From Nitrosopumilaceae archaeon (GTDB lineage: Archaea > Thermoproteota > Nitrososphaeria > Nitrososphaerales > Nitrosopumilaceae): a stretch of DNA of 64,000 bases. The DNA is taken from NCBI GenBank assembly GCA_965207375.1, contig OZ242274.1, positions 1 to 64,000 of the forward strand, in the 5' to 3' direction. The first letter of the stretch is position 1. Every line of letters begins with the position of its first letter. This document shows, in pieces, positions 47,139 to 56,427 of this stretch. The notes beneath the pieces are model-generated. The model was not told where the DNA came from, did no database searches, and saw nothing but the letters and a program-made list of their open reading frames with translations. A program made the translations under genes and the position numbers.

Positions 47139-48546
47139 TCTATGTGCAGTCTTAATAAAGACTTGGTTGGATTTTACTTGTTGGAGTATGGCTTTCGCTA
47201 GAACAATATCCTTTCTCAAAAATGAAGGTCGGAAATGTATCTATTCGGGCATTAAATCCCAGTACCATGCTTCATCCATTCATTAGGGTCAAAGTGTAGT
47301 TACTTCCCCTGGCATCGAATCCCATACTGTGTTCACACAATTCCCTAACCATAATGATGTCATCTCAACTTCGCAGCTGACGTGCAGTGCTTTTTTGTCC
47401 CTCCTTTATGCACGTCTCAAAATCAATCTGTTTAATCAACATCCAAAATACACTGTTTAATAATTTAGCAGCAGCTGCCACCCTTGCCTTTGACCTCCCA
47501 CGCCTTTTTGCAAGACGTTTGTAAAACACACCAACAGGCGTATGTGATTTCCTCTTGTCAGTAACTGCTAGATGTGTAACTACTGCCTCAACAAGTGCGT
47601 GTCTTACTAGAGATGCGCCCATCTTTGTTATGTGTCCATGATGTACAGTATCTGCAGAACGTCTAACTGATGGAACCAATCCAAAATACGATGCCAGATG
47701 ATCTGCATCAGAAAACCTTGCAATATCATCTATTTCAGAGGATAGCACAAGTGCAGTATAGTTGGCTATTCCAGGTATCGTGGTGAGAAGTTGTGCGTTT
47801 TTATCCTCCTTTACTTTTTGTTTGATTTGCAGGTTGGCATACGTGATACTGTCTGTAACAGAGGCTAGATTCTTTAGATGCCTGGTCTATTCTCCAGTTG
47901 TTTAGCTGGATTAGTCTCTTTGTATATGGTGCACAAAATGGTGTTCCAGGTATGTCGATTCCTTCCTGCAACAAAATTCCGTGTATTATGTTCTTAAAGC
48001 GAGTAGACTCTTGGACCATCTTGTGTCTGTATCTGACAAGCTGTTGCTTGTTTACCGTGTCTTCATCTGGTACATGGCATGCTGCAACATAATCTCCACG
48101 CAGGAGGTCTGCAAGAATTTGTGTATCTACCTTATCTGTCTTTCTTTTGGATTCTGCAATGAGTCTGTTCATACGAGGATTGGACAGTATGACATCTAGG
48201 TGCAACTCGTCTCTTATCTGAAAGAATGCCGCCTTCCATACCGATGAGGATTCAATTACCAACTTTGAATCTGGATGCAGATATCCAAGGTTGTCCTTGA
48301 TCTCTCCGGGATTATTTTGTATCTTTTTGTTGGCTAGTTCATTACCGTCTGCATCTATGATAAATATCTGAATAGTCTTTTTGTGAACGTTTAGACCGAC
48401 AAAACAGGGTTCCATAGATACCCTCAATTTTACGGTTTTGTGTTTGTTTGCATTGGTGCTTGTAGAACAGGATCTTGTAGAACTTGGACTACTGCCATCA
48501 TCTAATTTCCTTGATCGTGGCACATAAGATTACAAAGCAAGTGTTC
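47139..48546 (-). mobile_element. Second IS110-family element (decayed)
   Basis: End signatures match the first IS110: TCTATGT at 47139 versus 12380, and CAAGTGTTC ending 48546 versus CATGTGTTC ending 13780; similar length of about 1.4 kb. Confidence 0.7.
47365..48415 (-). pseudogene. Frameshifted IS110 transposase
   Basis: GLNVHKK (first catalytic D replaced by N), KTDKVDT, frameshift near 47880, then TIPGI...SEIDDIARF...YFGLVPSVRRSA. Confidence 0.9.
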
Positions 48547-48817
48547 CTATTCTGACAGGGTCCTCACCACAACAGTATGAATTTTTAAGCACAAAACATG
48601 TACTTTTTTGTTCACTGTGTCCACAGAAATCTTCATAATCAACTACCGGTGCCTTTTTTTGCTGTTATAGCACAACTCAAATTTTATACAAATTAATTCA
48701 CATCTAGTTTAGACAGAGTTGTACGGTACCCCTAAATCATACATGTGATAAAATTATCTAGTTTTACAGTTCCAAAACACTACAATTGGTCCTATCATCT
48801 AAAATCAGATTATGTAA

Positions 48818-49282
48818 TCAGCTTTCAAATGTCAAATCTATTTGTATAACGTTGATAATTTGGGTCTGTTCTGTTTTGATTCCAGTATCGTCAAATCCGT
48901 GGACCGAAATCTTGTAAATTCCATCAAAGACCTGCCTGCCGTCATTGTTTTTTTGATCCCAAACTATTTGAGCCTCCTGTCTTGGTTCCAAAACAATATC
49001 TGCTTGAGAGATCACAGGAGAAAAAATCACCATTCCAGACAGGCCTGTCACCTTAAAACCGTACTTGTCTTCAAAATACAACGGAGTGCTGCCAGAGTTG
49101 ACTATAGTGACACTTACAGGCTCGCCTTTTTTGTAATCTGACTTTTCTGTAAATACGGTCAATGAGGGCCCCTCAACGTATGTTACATCTGAATTATCAC
49201 GAATGTCAGCAAGAACAAATGTAATTGCTGCACCTGCAAATATGCCGACAATTAGTGCTATTTTGAGACTGTTGGGAATCAA
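48818..49282 (-). CDS. Membrane-anchored hypothetical protein (Ig-like fold likely)
   Basis: N-terminal TM; TEKSDYKKGEPVSVTIVNSG...WDQKNNDG.QV..GIY. Confidence 0.75.
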   Translation of the reverse strand: MIPNSLKIALIVGIFAGAAITFVLADIRDNSDVTYVEGPSLTVFTEKSDYKKGEPVSVTIVNSGSTPLYFEDKYGFKVTGLSGMVIFSPVISQADIVLEPRQEAQIVWDQKNNDGRQVFDGIYKISVHGFDDTGIKTEQTQIINVIQIDLTFES

Positions 49283-50280
49283 TTTGGTTTTGGATTTGAG
49301 CGTGTTCTCCAGCTCTTAGGATACGTGTCAGGCGCCATGATTATTCTCTTGGTTTGAAAAGCATATCCGCGCGTCGCATCAGTAATTTCTGCTTCAGACA
49401 TTAAAGATTCTGCAAGTGCGACTGCCTCGCCCTTTTGAGTATAAACTGCAACAAGATCATCTTTTTTCAAATTTGGTGAAATCTGCAAGATTCCAGGAAT
49501 GGCCAGCTGTGCACCGTGACACATTGCATCCACTGCAGAGTCACGAATTACTACTGATTTTAACTCACTGAGTGCATGTTCTACGGGTTGAATTAATTTC
49601 ATCAGTTTAGAGTCATCAGAGTTTTCCTCCCACAATGCAAAAGCATCTGCCAATTCATGAAGTGTCACTAGTCCATGTTTTTCATAAAATTGATTTACAC
49701 GGCTTCGCCGTAATTCAACCATGGTGGCACCGGGGCCCAAAATCTCACCCATATCATAGAACAGCTTTCTTATGTATGTGCCAGATTCACACAAGACCCG
49801 CAATAATACCAGACGCTCCTTCTGCTCTGCCATGTCTAATTCATAGATGTGTCTGGTCCTAGTCCTGCGTAAAACGGCAGAACGCTGCGGAGGTTTTTGA
49901 AATATTTCTCCGCAGAATAAATCAAAAATTTGACCCAATTTTTCCTCAGAAGGCAAAGAATGAAACCGTCCCAAAGCATGATATTCCTTTGGGCCTAGCA
50001 GCAAAACGCCCAAAGCCTTGGTAGCCTCACCCAAACCTAGAGGCAACACCCCAGAAACTTGTGGATCCAAGGTTCCGCTGTGACCAATTTTTGGAAGCTT
50101 TAAAATGCGCTTGGTCCATGCAACGGTCTCATGACTAGTAGGGCCAGGTGGCTTGTCAAGCAAAATAATCCCATACTCTAATAACTGCTCAATATTTCGC
50201 CTGTCATAATACGTACCGAATTGGTCACTAGTAATATCCTGGTCAATCTCTATCAAATTTTCCAACTGTTTTAGGGTCAA
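49279..50280 (-). CDS. cbf5: H/ACA pseudouridine synthase Cbf5
   Basis: LDKPPGPTSHE, GHSGTLDP, GTYIRKL, PUA domain. Confidence 0.96.
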   Translation of the reverse strand: MTLKQLENLIEIDQDITSDQFGTYYDRRNIEQLLEYGIILLDKPPGPTSHETVAWTKRILKLPKIGHSGTLDPQVSGVLPLGLGEATKALGVLLLGPKEYHALGRFHSLPSEEKLGQIFDLFCGEIFQKPPQRSAVLRRTRTRHIYELDMAEQKERLVLLRVLCESGTYIRKLFYDMGEILGPGATMVELRRSRVNQFYEKHGLVTLHELADAFALWEENSDDSKLMKLIQPVEHALSELKSVVIRDSAVDAMCHGAQLAIPGILQISPNLKKDDLVAVYTQKGEAVALAESLMSEAEITDATRGYAFQTKRIIMAPDTYPKSWRTRSNPKPN

Positions 50281-50837
50281 GATAGTTTCTCCACTATGGA
50301 CTTTGCAAGTGCCATGACCTGTTTTGCATCAAGATCGTCGGTGTTTATTATTTCATCAAATACAGATTTGTCTTTTCCAAAATCAAAATTGTATAATTTT
50401 TTGTACAGTGCCTTGTTTTTGTCATACCTGTCCCTAGTTACCTCAAATGCCTCCTCCTTTGGCATATTGTCGCGGTTTCTCATGCGATTTGCACTGTTTT
50501 CATGGGAACCATCAAGCCAAATCTTGATTGCATTATCTACAAGCCATGGCAGTGTATAGCTGGTAATTACAACGCCACCGCCATTACAAATATCAGAAAG
50601 TTTTTGATCCACTGCCCTGTCAAATTCAGAGTTTTGTTCACGTTGATTTAAAAATTTCATGCCCTCTGCAGTGTCCCACCAGTCATCACCCCCAACATCA
50701 AAGCCTTCAGATTTTGCCATGTCTTTTAAAATGTCACCGCCGCTAAGATATTGCAGATCAAACTCAAAGGCCAGATGTTTAGCAAGAGTTGTTTTGCCCA
50801 CGGCAGGAGGACCGGATATAATTACAGATCTAGTCAA
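50277..50837 (-). CDS. cmk: Cytidylate kinase
   Basis: ISGPPAVGKTT; secY operon context. Confidence 0.9.
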   Translation of the reverse strand: MTRSVIISGPPAVGKTTLAKHLAFEFDLQYLSGGDILKDMAKSEGFDVGGDDWWDTAEGMKFLNQREQNSEFDRAVDQKLSDICNGGGVVITSYTLPWLVDNAIKIWLDGSHENSANRMRNRDNMPKEEAFEVTRDRYDKNKALYKKLYNFDFGKDKSVFDEIINTDDLDAKQVMALAKSIVEKLS

Positions 50838-51457
50838 CTAAGATCCATTGAGGTTTTAGTGACCTTCATGATAATTCCACTAAATGCAATTGAAGAAAGA
50901 AAGTACCAGGCCCAAAGATACAATGCGTTTTCTGTTTCACACACATGATCAGGATCTGCTGCTTGCTCTGCTGTACAAGTTAACTGGAAAAGATCTCCTG
51001 GAATAACATTGAGGGGAATCGGAGATATTGCAACAGTATACGAGAACAGCTGTGGCAATACGAAATAAAATATCAAAATTAGCGGGACAAACGTAATCAT
51101 CATGGGACGCATGTTCATCTGCATAATCTCCATATTCATCTTGTTCATGTATGATGACTTTTGGTTTAGCTTTGCAATCTTTTCCTGATCTTTTGCCCTA
51201 AATGCTGCCATTCGCTCTTTTTGCCATGCACGTGTTTCCTTCATAATTCGTTTTAGCTTTACAGAGTCTACCATTTTTTTTCTGATTGCGGCATTGAAAA
51301 TATTCAAAAGAATTCCAAAGCCTGCAATTCCCAGCATTGAGGCAATTATCCCCTTGATCATGGGGTCATCGCTGCCCAATGCACCGCGGTCTCCTCCCAT
51401 AAAATCAAACTGCAAAAAGATGTTTTCGATAAACAAAAAGACGTAACTAAACTCCAA
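50834..51457 (-). CDS. EMC3/TMCO1 (DUF106) membrane insertase-family protein
   Basis: TM plus coiled coil, NMRPMMITFVP, WAWYFL; follows adk. Confidence 0.88.
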   Translation of the reverse strand: MEFSYVFLFIENIFLQFDFMGGDRGALGSDDPMIKGIIASMLGIAGFGILLNIFNAAIRKKMVDSVKLKRIMKETRAWQKERMAAFRAKDQEKIAKLNQKSSYMNKMNMEIMQMNMRPMMITFVPLILIFYFVLPQLFSYTVAISPIPLNVIPGDLFQLTCTAEQAADPDHVCETENALYLWAWYFLSSIAFSGIIMKVTKTSMDLS

Positions 51458-51459
51458 AA

Positions 51460-52038
51460 CTAAACACCTATTGTCCTTATTACATTATCAGCAGCTTCTT
51501 CAATCTTTCCCTCGTTGTTAAGTATGGATTTCATCGGTGCTCCAGAAAGAACAGAGCAGGTGGCAATAATGGATTCCTGAAGTGACATCTCTTTTTTGAC
51601 CTTTTCGATTGAAATTTTATCCCTATTTCTAGTTTCATCCTTCATTCGTCTGTTGTAAATTTCCTCAGGTTTGGCCACCACTGACATAAAAAATGACGGT
51701 TTTAGAATTTTTATTACATGTTCTGGCAATCCCGGATAAAATCCAGACGGGGTCGAAATAAATGCATGTGTGTCTATTAGTACCACGTCATCTGTAATTT
51801 GGGCCAGTTTTTGGGCTGCAAATTTCTGATATTTTTGCTGATTCTCAAGTGGCTGCTTTCTTAATTGGTCCCTGTCAGCTATGCCGTGTTTTTTTGCCTC
51901 CTCAAGCATTATGGTTCCAAAACTGTAAACGCTGACACTATGATTTTTCTTACTTAATTTTTCAACCACAGTAGATACAAGAGTCGACTTGCCGACTCCG
52001 GGTATTCCTACCATTACTACCTTCTTACTTTCTGCCAA
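51460..52038 (-). CDS. adk: Archaeal adenylate kinase
   Basis: VGIPGVGKST, DRDQLRK, IDTHA..STPSGFYPGLP. Confidence 0.94.
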   Translation of the reverse strand: MAESKKVVMVGIPGVGKSTLVSTVVEKLSKKNHSVSVYSFGTIMLEEAKKHGIADRDQLRKQPLENQQKYQKFAAQKLAQITDDVVLIDTHAFISTPSGFYPGLPEHVIKILKPSFFMSVVAKPEEIYNRRMKDETRNRDKISIEKVKKEMSLQESIIATCSVLSGAPMKSILNNEGKIEEAADNVIRTIGV

Positions 52039-53455
52039 GTAACGCACCAAGCCGCGGCATGACAACTTCCACCTGTTCTTTGACTAGCTGGTTATAGTAG
52101 TTGATCAGAATATCAACCATCAAAAGAATTCCTATTCCGGATCCAAATACACCCAAAACATCTGAAATTCCTGCTAGCGCGCCAAGAATTAATGAACCAA
52201 TAATTGTAACAGAAGGAATATACTTGTTTAACATGGACTCTACAGGTTTGTTTGAGCGTCTAAATCCAGGAATCTGAACATCTGCATCAAGTAGGTTTTG
52301 TGCCGCACTTTTTGGAGACAAGCCTCCAAGCTCCACCCATAATCTTCCAAATACTAAAACAATACCCATCATAAACAATACATAAAATACGGCCCTTAGC
52401 GGATCACCTGCTGCAACGTCTAGTCCTCTAGGCGGAGTTACATAATAAATCAGACCTCCAATCGGCGTAGACGGACTGGTAGGATCAAAGCGCGCCAAAA
52501 TGTTGAGAAATTCATTGGCATTTCTAGGATTAAAGTTTGCCCAAAACATCTGTCCTATAAATACAGCATTTGCAGTAAGTGCAGATGCCAAAATTACAGG
52601 AATGTTTGATACATACATCAGTTTGATTGGATAAACTGCAGAAAAGCCCCTGTATTTGGTTGAAACAATTGGGATTTCGACCTTCATTCCCTGCACATAG
52701 ACTAGTATCAAAAGTACTGCAGCGGTAAGAAACAGGCCGAAAATGCTGGGCAGCTGATTCACCCGGAAAAATACATTAGACAGATCACCTGCATAGATGG
52801 ATTCACCAAGATATGTCAAAATGCCAATAGAGCCACCGTCTCCTCCAGGCAGCGGACTAAACATGTTCCAAAGAATGGTCTGAGCCACACCTGCCATGAT
52901 AAATACGCTAATACCGCTTCCTAGGCCCCATCCCTTTTGGATTAGTTCGTCCAAAAACATGATGATGACTGATGCTGCCATCAGCTGGCCTACAAGTATC
53001 CAAATTATGGTGGGATCGGTAATTTGTGGGCCGTATACTGCTAGTCCATAGACTATGGATTCGGCAACTATAACGATATAAGTTACCAATTTGGTGGCAG
53101 TTTGGAAAATTCCCCTTTCCTCTGGTTTCTTAAAGTTAAATTTGAGAATGTCCGAACCTCTCAATAATTGCATGAGCAGTCCGGCTGTAACTATTGGTCC
53201 TATTCCTAGTTCAATAAGGGTACCTTGTTGGGATGCAAAAATTACTCGGGCAAATTGAAGAAAGTCAAAGTCAGGAGTTGTTGCACCAAATAGGGGCGTT
53301 TGACCCATTACAAGGTAAATCAACAGTGCAATTCCGGTCCACAGCAGTCTGGTTTGTAGTTGTAATTTCTTTTTTGGTTTTGGAACCTGTGGAATATAGG
53401 GTTCTGCTTTAAAGACGACCTTTCGAATTATTGCAGTTGCTGTACCCTCAGCCAT
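52025..53455 (-). CDS. secY: Preprotein translocase SecY
   Basis: GTLIELGIGPIVTA, GWGLGSGIS, YPIKLMYVSNIP, QIPGFR. Confidence 0.97.
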   Translation of the reverse strand: MAEGTATAIIRKVVFKAEPYIPQVPKPKKKLQLQTRLLWTGIALLIYLVMGQTPLFGATTPDFDFLQFARVIFASQQGTLIELGIGPIVTAGLLMQLLRGSDILKFNFKKPEERGIFQTATKLVTYIVIVAESIVYGLAVYGPQITDPTIIWILVGQLMAASVIIMFLDELIQKGWGLGSGISVFIMAGVAQTILWNMFSPLPGGDGGSIGILTYLGESIYAGDLSNVFFRVNQLPSIFGLFLTAAVLLILVYVQGMKVEIPIVSTKYRGFSAVYPIKLMYVSNIPVILASALTANAVFIGQMFWANFNPRNANEFLNILARFDPTSPSTPIGGLIYYVTPPRGLDVAAGDPLRAVFYVLFMMGIVLVFGRLWVELGGLSPKSAAQNLLDADVQIPGFRRSNKPVESMLNKYIPSVTIIGSLILGALAGISDVLGVFGSGIGILLMVDILINYYNQLVKEQVEVVMPRLGALLGRK

Positions 53456-53873
53456 CCTTAGATAACACCTCTCCCCCTGCTTGTTTTACCTTTTCTTTGG
53501 CAGATGCAGTGAAGCGATTTACTTTAACGATATAAGCATTAGATGTATTACCGCCGCCAAGAAGTTTTTCTATTTTGTTACCTGCAAGATCAATTATTTT
53601 TTTGTCGCCCTCTTGTTGTCCAAAAGAGGTAAAGAGATCATCTAGATCTCTGACGCTGGCCCACTTTTTTGTGATGTTTGGATGAGGGGGATGAGTAGAG
53701 CCGTGACCGAAATGATCCGGATTTTCCTTTAGCATTGAGCTGTAATGGTGTTTTAATTGACCAGAGACACCTAGTCCGCCCTTGTGTCCGCTGGCTCTGT
53801 GTTGGGCAACCTGTCCCCATCCGCAGTATCTAGAACCACGATTTTTTCTTGTCTTTCTGAGTCTGGTTGCCAT
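53448..53873 (-). CDS. rpl15: 50S ribosomal protein uL15
   Basis: RKTRKNRGSR..GWG...QHR.SGHKGG; KLLGGG. Confidence 0.96.
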   Translation of the reverse strand: MATRLRKTRKNRGSRYCGWGQVAQHRASGHKGGLGVSGQLKHHYSSMLKENPDHFGHGSTHPPHPNITKKWASVRDLDDLFTSFGQQEGDKKIIDLAGNKIEKLLGGGNTSNAYIVKVNRFTASAKEKVKQAGGEVLSKDG

Positions 53874-53874
53874 G

Positions 53875-54357
53875 TTAAATCATGCTCCTGACTATGACAT
53901 CTAGCTCGTTATTGTGTCCAAGTATTCCCTTTTGACCATACAGTCTTTTTGTACTGCGCTTGAATCCTCCCCTTGGTGGAGCCAAGGCAAACCAGGGTTT
54001 TAGAGGCTTTAATTTAGAGAGTGAAATTTGCCCCTCTGTAAGAGATAATGCAAGATCATCAATACTTGTAAATTTTAATTCCTTGTCATCAAGATTTGCA
54101 AGATCCTGTGGGGAAATCTTTTGATATCCAGATTTTCTTGCTTTTTTATCCAATAGTTCCTTTGCAAGGGTGACATCGATTTCTTTCCATGCGATATAGT
54201 GTTGAACCTTTTTTAGCATTCCAAGGGTGTTGTTTCGTGCAGGTATTATTGTGGCACGATACTTTTTTTCTAGTTTAAGCAGCCTCAAGGTGGTATTTGC
54301 CCAGTGAGGTACATCAGGAAGACCTTTGATTCTAACTACAATGTACGCGCTAGCCAT
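53875..54357 (-). CDS. rpl30: 50S ribosomal protein uL30
   Basis: VVRIKG, TLRLLKL, GMLKKV..YIAW, LAPPRGGF. Confidence 0.95.
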   Translation of the reverse strand: MASAYIVVRIKGLPDVPHWANTTLRLLKLEKKYRATIIPARNNTLGMLKKVQHYIAWKEIDVTLAKELLDKKARKSGYQKISPQDLANLDDKELKFTSIDDLALSLTEGQISLSKLKPLKPWFALAPPRGGFKRSTKRLYGQKGILGHNNELDVIVRSMI

Positions 54358-54362
54358 TTTCA

Positions 54363-55001
54363 TCATCCCTGACTAAATGTCAACCTTAGACATTGTAGTA
54401 CGGCCTTTGAGGTGGAGTTCATTGTAGCAGTGGAGCCTTTTGCAGTGGTCCATGCATCCTTTAATCCTGCCAATTCTAATAGTCGCTTAATTTTTCCCCC
54501 CGCAACTAGGCCCAAACCCCTTGGTGCCGGAAGAATTTCAATTGTAACACTGCCGCCTTTTCCCTTTACTTTGAACGGAACAGAATGTTTTTGATCACAT
54601 CTGCATTCCCAACTACCGCAGCCTAGTTTGATTGGGTTTACATTAAGATATGCCTGATTGGTTGCTTTTTCAATGGCGATTCTCATCTGTTTGGATTTGC
54701 CCTGACCAATTCCCAACCAGCCGTTGCTGTTTCCTGTAGCAACAATTGCCTTAAACCTAGTAGACTGTCCATTGGATGTCATTTTTTGTATAATGCCGAC
54801 ATCAACTACCTCAGATTTCAAATCAGGCAGCAGCTTTTTGATGATTCCTGCCTCTTGTATTCGTAATCCACTCTCCAGAATCTCCTCCATGGATGTAATT
54901 TCTCCAGATGCAACCCTGTGCCCAAGAATGGTTTTTGGGATCCAAATTTCCTCTTCGGGCTCTCGTGGCTTTCTACGTTCTCGCTGTTGTGTATGACTCA
55001 T
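54363..55001 (-). CDS. rps5: 30S ribosomal protein uS5
   Basis: WIPKT.LG, GCGSWEC, PAPRGLGL. Confidence 0.96.
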   Translation of the reverse strand: MSHTQQRERRKPREPEEEIWIPKTILGHRVASGEITSMEEILESGLRIQEAGIIKKLLPDLKSEVVDVGIIQKMTSNGQSTRFKAIVATGNSNGWLGIGQGKSKQMRIAIEKATNQAYLNVNPIKLGCGSWECRCDQKHSVPFKVKGKGGSVTIEILPAPRGLGLVAGGKIKRLLELAGLKDAWTTAKGSTATMNSTSKAVLQCLRLTFSQG

Positions 55002-55480
55002 TTTGTCTCACCATCGATAGCAGTTTTCATTTGAGAAACATCGTTTTTTACTGTAAGATGTTCTCCATTAATTCTTTGTTCTGGAGGAAATGTTTCTGAA
55101 TCGGCAGGTACTGTAAGTCCAGCATCGATAATTCCTTTCAGTGCGGCTGCCGTTCTTTGGGTATATTTCCTTGTACCAGTGTAAAGAATCGCATCTTTTG
55201 CGCCACTACCGATAGCTTTCTTGCCTGCTAGATAACCTGTAAGATATGCAGCCGGAATGCTTTTTCTTGAACCTTTCCAGCCTTTTTTAAGCAAATATCT
55301 AGAATGTGCTGAGGCTATGACCTTATCACCAGCAATTTCTGGTTTGAGAATTTGTACCTGCGTGTTTTCATTGGATACTGTGACTGTTATAAAATCACGC
55401 CTGCCAACTAACATCGTTGAACGTTTTTTGTAGTTAGTTTTTTGTTCTCGAAGTCTTCTCAATATTTTTGAATAGGCCAT
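54998..55480 (-). CDS. rpl18: 50S ribosomal protein uL18
   Basis: RRLREQKTNYKKR, PAAYLTGYLAG, DAGL. Confidence 0.95.
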   Translation of the reverse strand: MAYSKILRRLREQKTNYKKRSTMLVGRRDFITVTVSNENTQVQILKPEIAGDKVIASAHSRYLLKKGWKGSRKSIPAAYLTGYLAGKKAIGSGAKDAILYTGTRKYTQRTAAALKGIIDAGLTVPADSETFPPEQRINGEHLTVKNDVSQMKTAIDGETK

Positions 55481-55515
55481 CTATAGCCAAAAACTCGGAA
55501 TTGCTCTTATAAACG

Positions 55516-56427
55516 TTAGATGCGGATTAGGGACATCAAAAGTGCTTTTTGCGTATAAAGTCGATTTTGTGCTTCGTCCCATACTACAGATTGTGGCCCG
55601 TCAATCACAGAAGAGGTCACCTCAACTTCACGTTTAGCAGGAAGACAATGCAAGAAAATAGAATCTTTGTTGGATTTTTTCATAATATTGTCGTTAATTT
55701 GGTATTTTGGATAGAATTTTTTGGTTCGTTTTGAGTCTTTGTTGTGAATCGAGTTAAATGTGTCAGTTATTACAACATCTGCATCTGAAACTGCTTTGAT
55801 CGGATCAGTTGTAATTACAACATTAGTAGATTTTTGACATTCTTCAATTACAGACGTATCAGGTTCAAATCCTTTTGGTGTAGCAACATAGATTTCGGAA
55901 TTGGCCAAGACACATCCATAAAGTAAAGAATTGCAGACGTTGTTTCCATCCCCTACCCAAGCAATTTTTAATCCGTTGATTTTTTTCTTTTTTTCTTTGA
56001 TGGTCATAAAATCTGCAAGTATTTGACACGGGTGGAAGGAATTAGACAATCCGTTAATTACCGGAACAGACGAACTGCTGGCAAGATCAACTAGCGTTTG
56101 ATGTTCATAAACGCGTGCCATTATACAGTTGACATACCCTGACAAAGTTTTTGCAGTATCTTGTATTGTCTCACCGCGGGAGAGCTGCATATCAGCTGAA
56201 GATAGATTGATTGCATGGCCGCCTAATTGGAACATTCCTGTTTCAAAGCTTATACGTGTACGTGTGGAAGGTTTTTGAAAAATCATTGCAAGGGTTTTAT
56301 TTGCAAGAGGTTTTTTACTTGATGTTTTTGATTCTTTTTTTAATTTAATTGAATAATCTATCAGATGTGAAAATTCCTTCTCGTTTAATTCGCCCAGTGT
56401 AAGTAAATTTTTTGTATGTAATTTCAT
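55516..56427 (-). CDS. argF: Ornithine carbamoyltransferase
   Basis: FQKPSTRTR, HPCQILAD, GDGNNV, FLHCLP. Confidence 0.95.
   Translation of the reverse strand: MKLHTKNLLTLGELNEKEFSHLIDYSIKLKKESKTSSKKPLANKTLAMIFQKPSTRTRISFETGMFQLGGHAINLSSADMQLSRGETIQDTAKTLSGYVNCIMARVYEHQTLVDLASSSSVPVINGLSNSFHPCQILADFMTIKEKKKKINGLKIAWVGDGNNVCNSLLYGCVLANSEIYVATPKGFEPDTSVIEECQKSTNVVITTDPIKAVSDADVVITDTFNSIHNKDSKRTKKFYPKYQINDNIMKKSNKDSIFLHCLPAKREVEVTSSVIDGPQSVVWDEAQNRLYTQKALLMSLIRI

Noticed and set aside
48416-48523. N-terminal extension of the second IS110 transposase
   Set aside because: Low-complexity translation; a Shine-Dalgarno-like GAGGG precedes ATG 48415, so this is more likely the non-coding left end. 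Not fully excluded.
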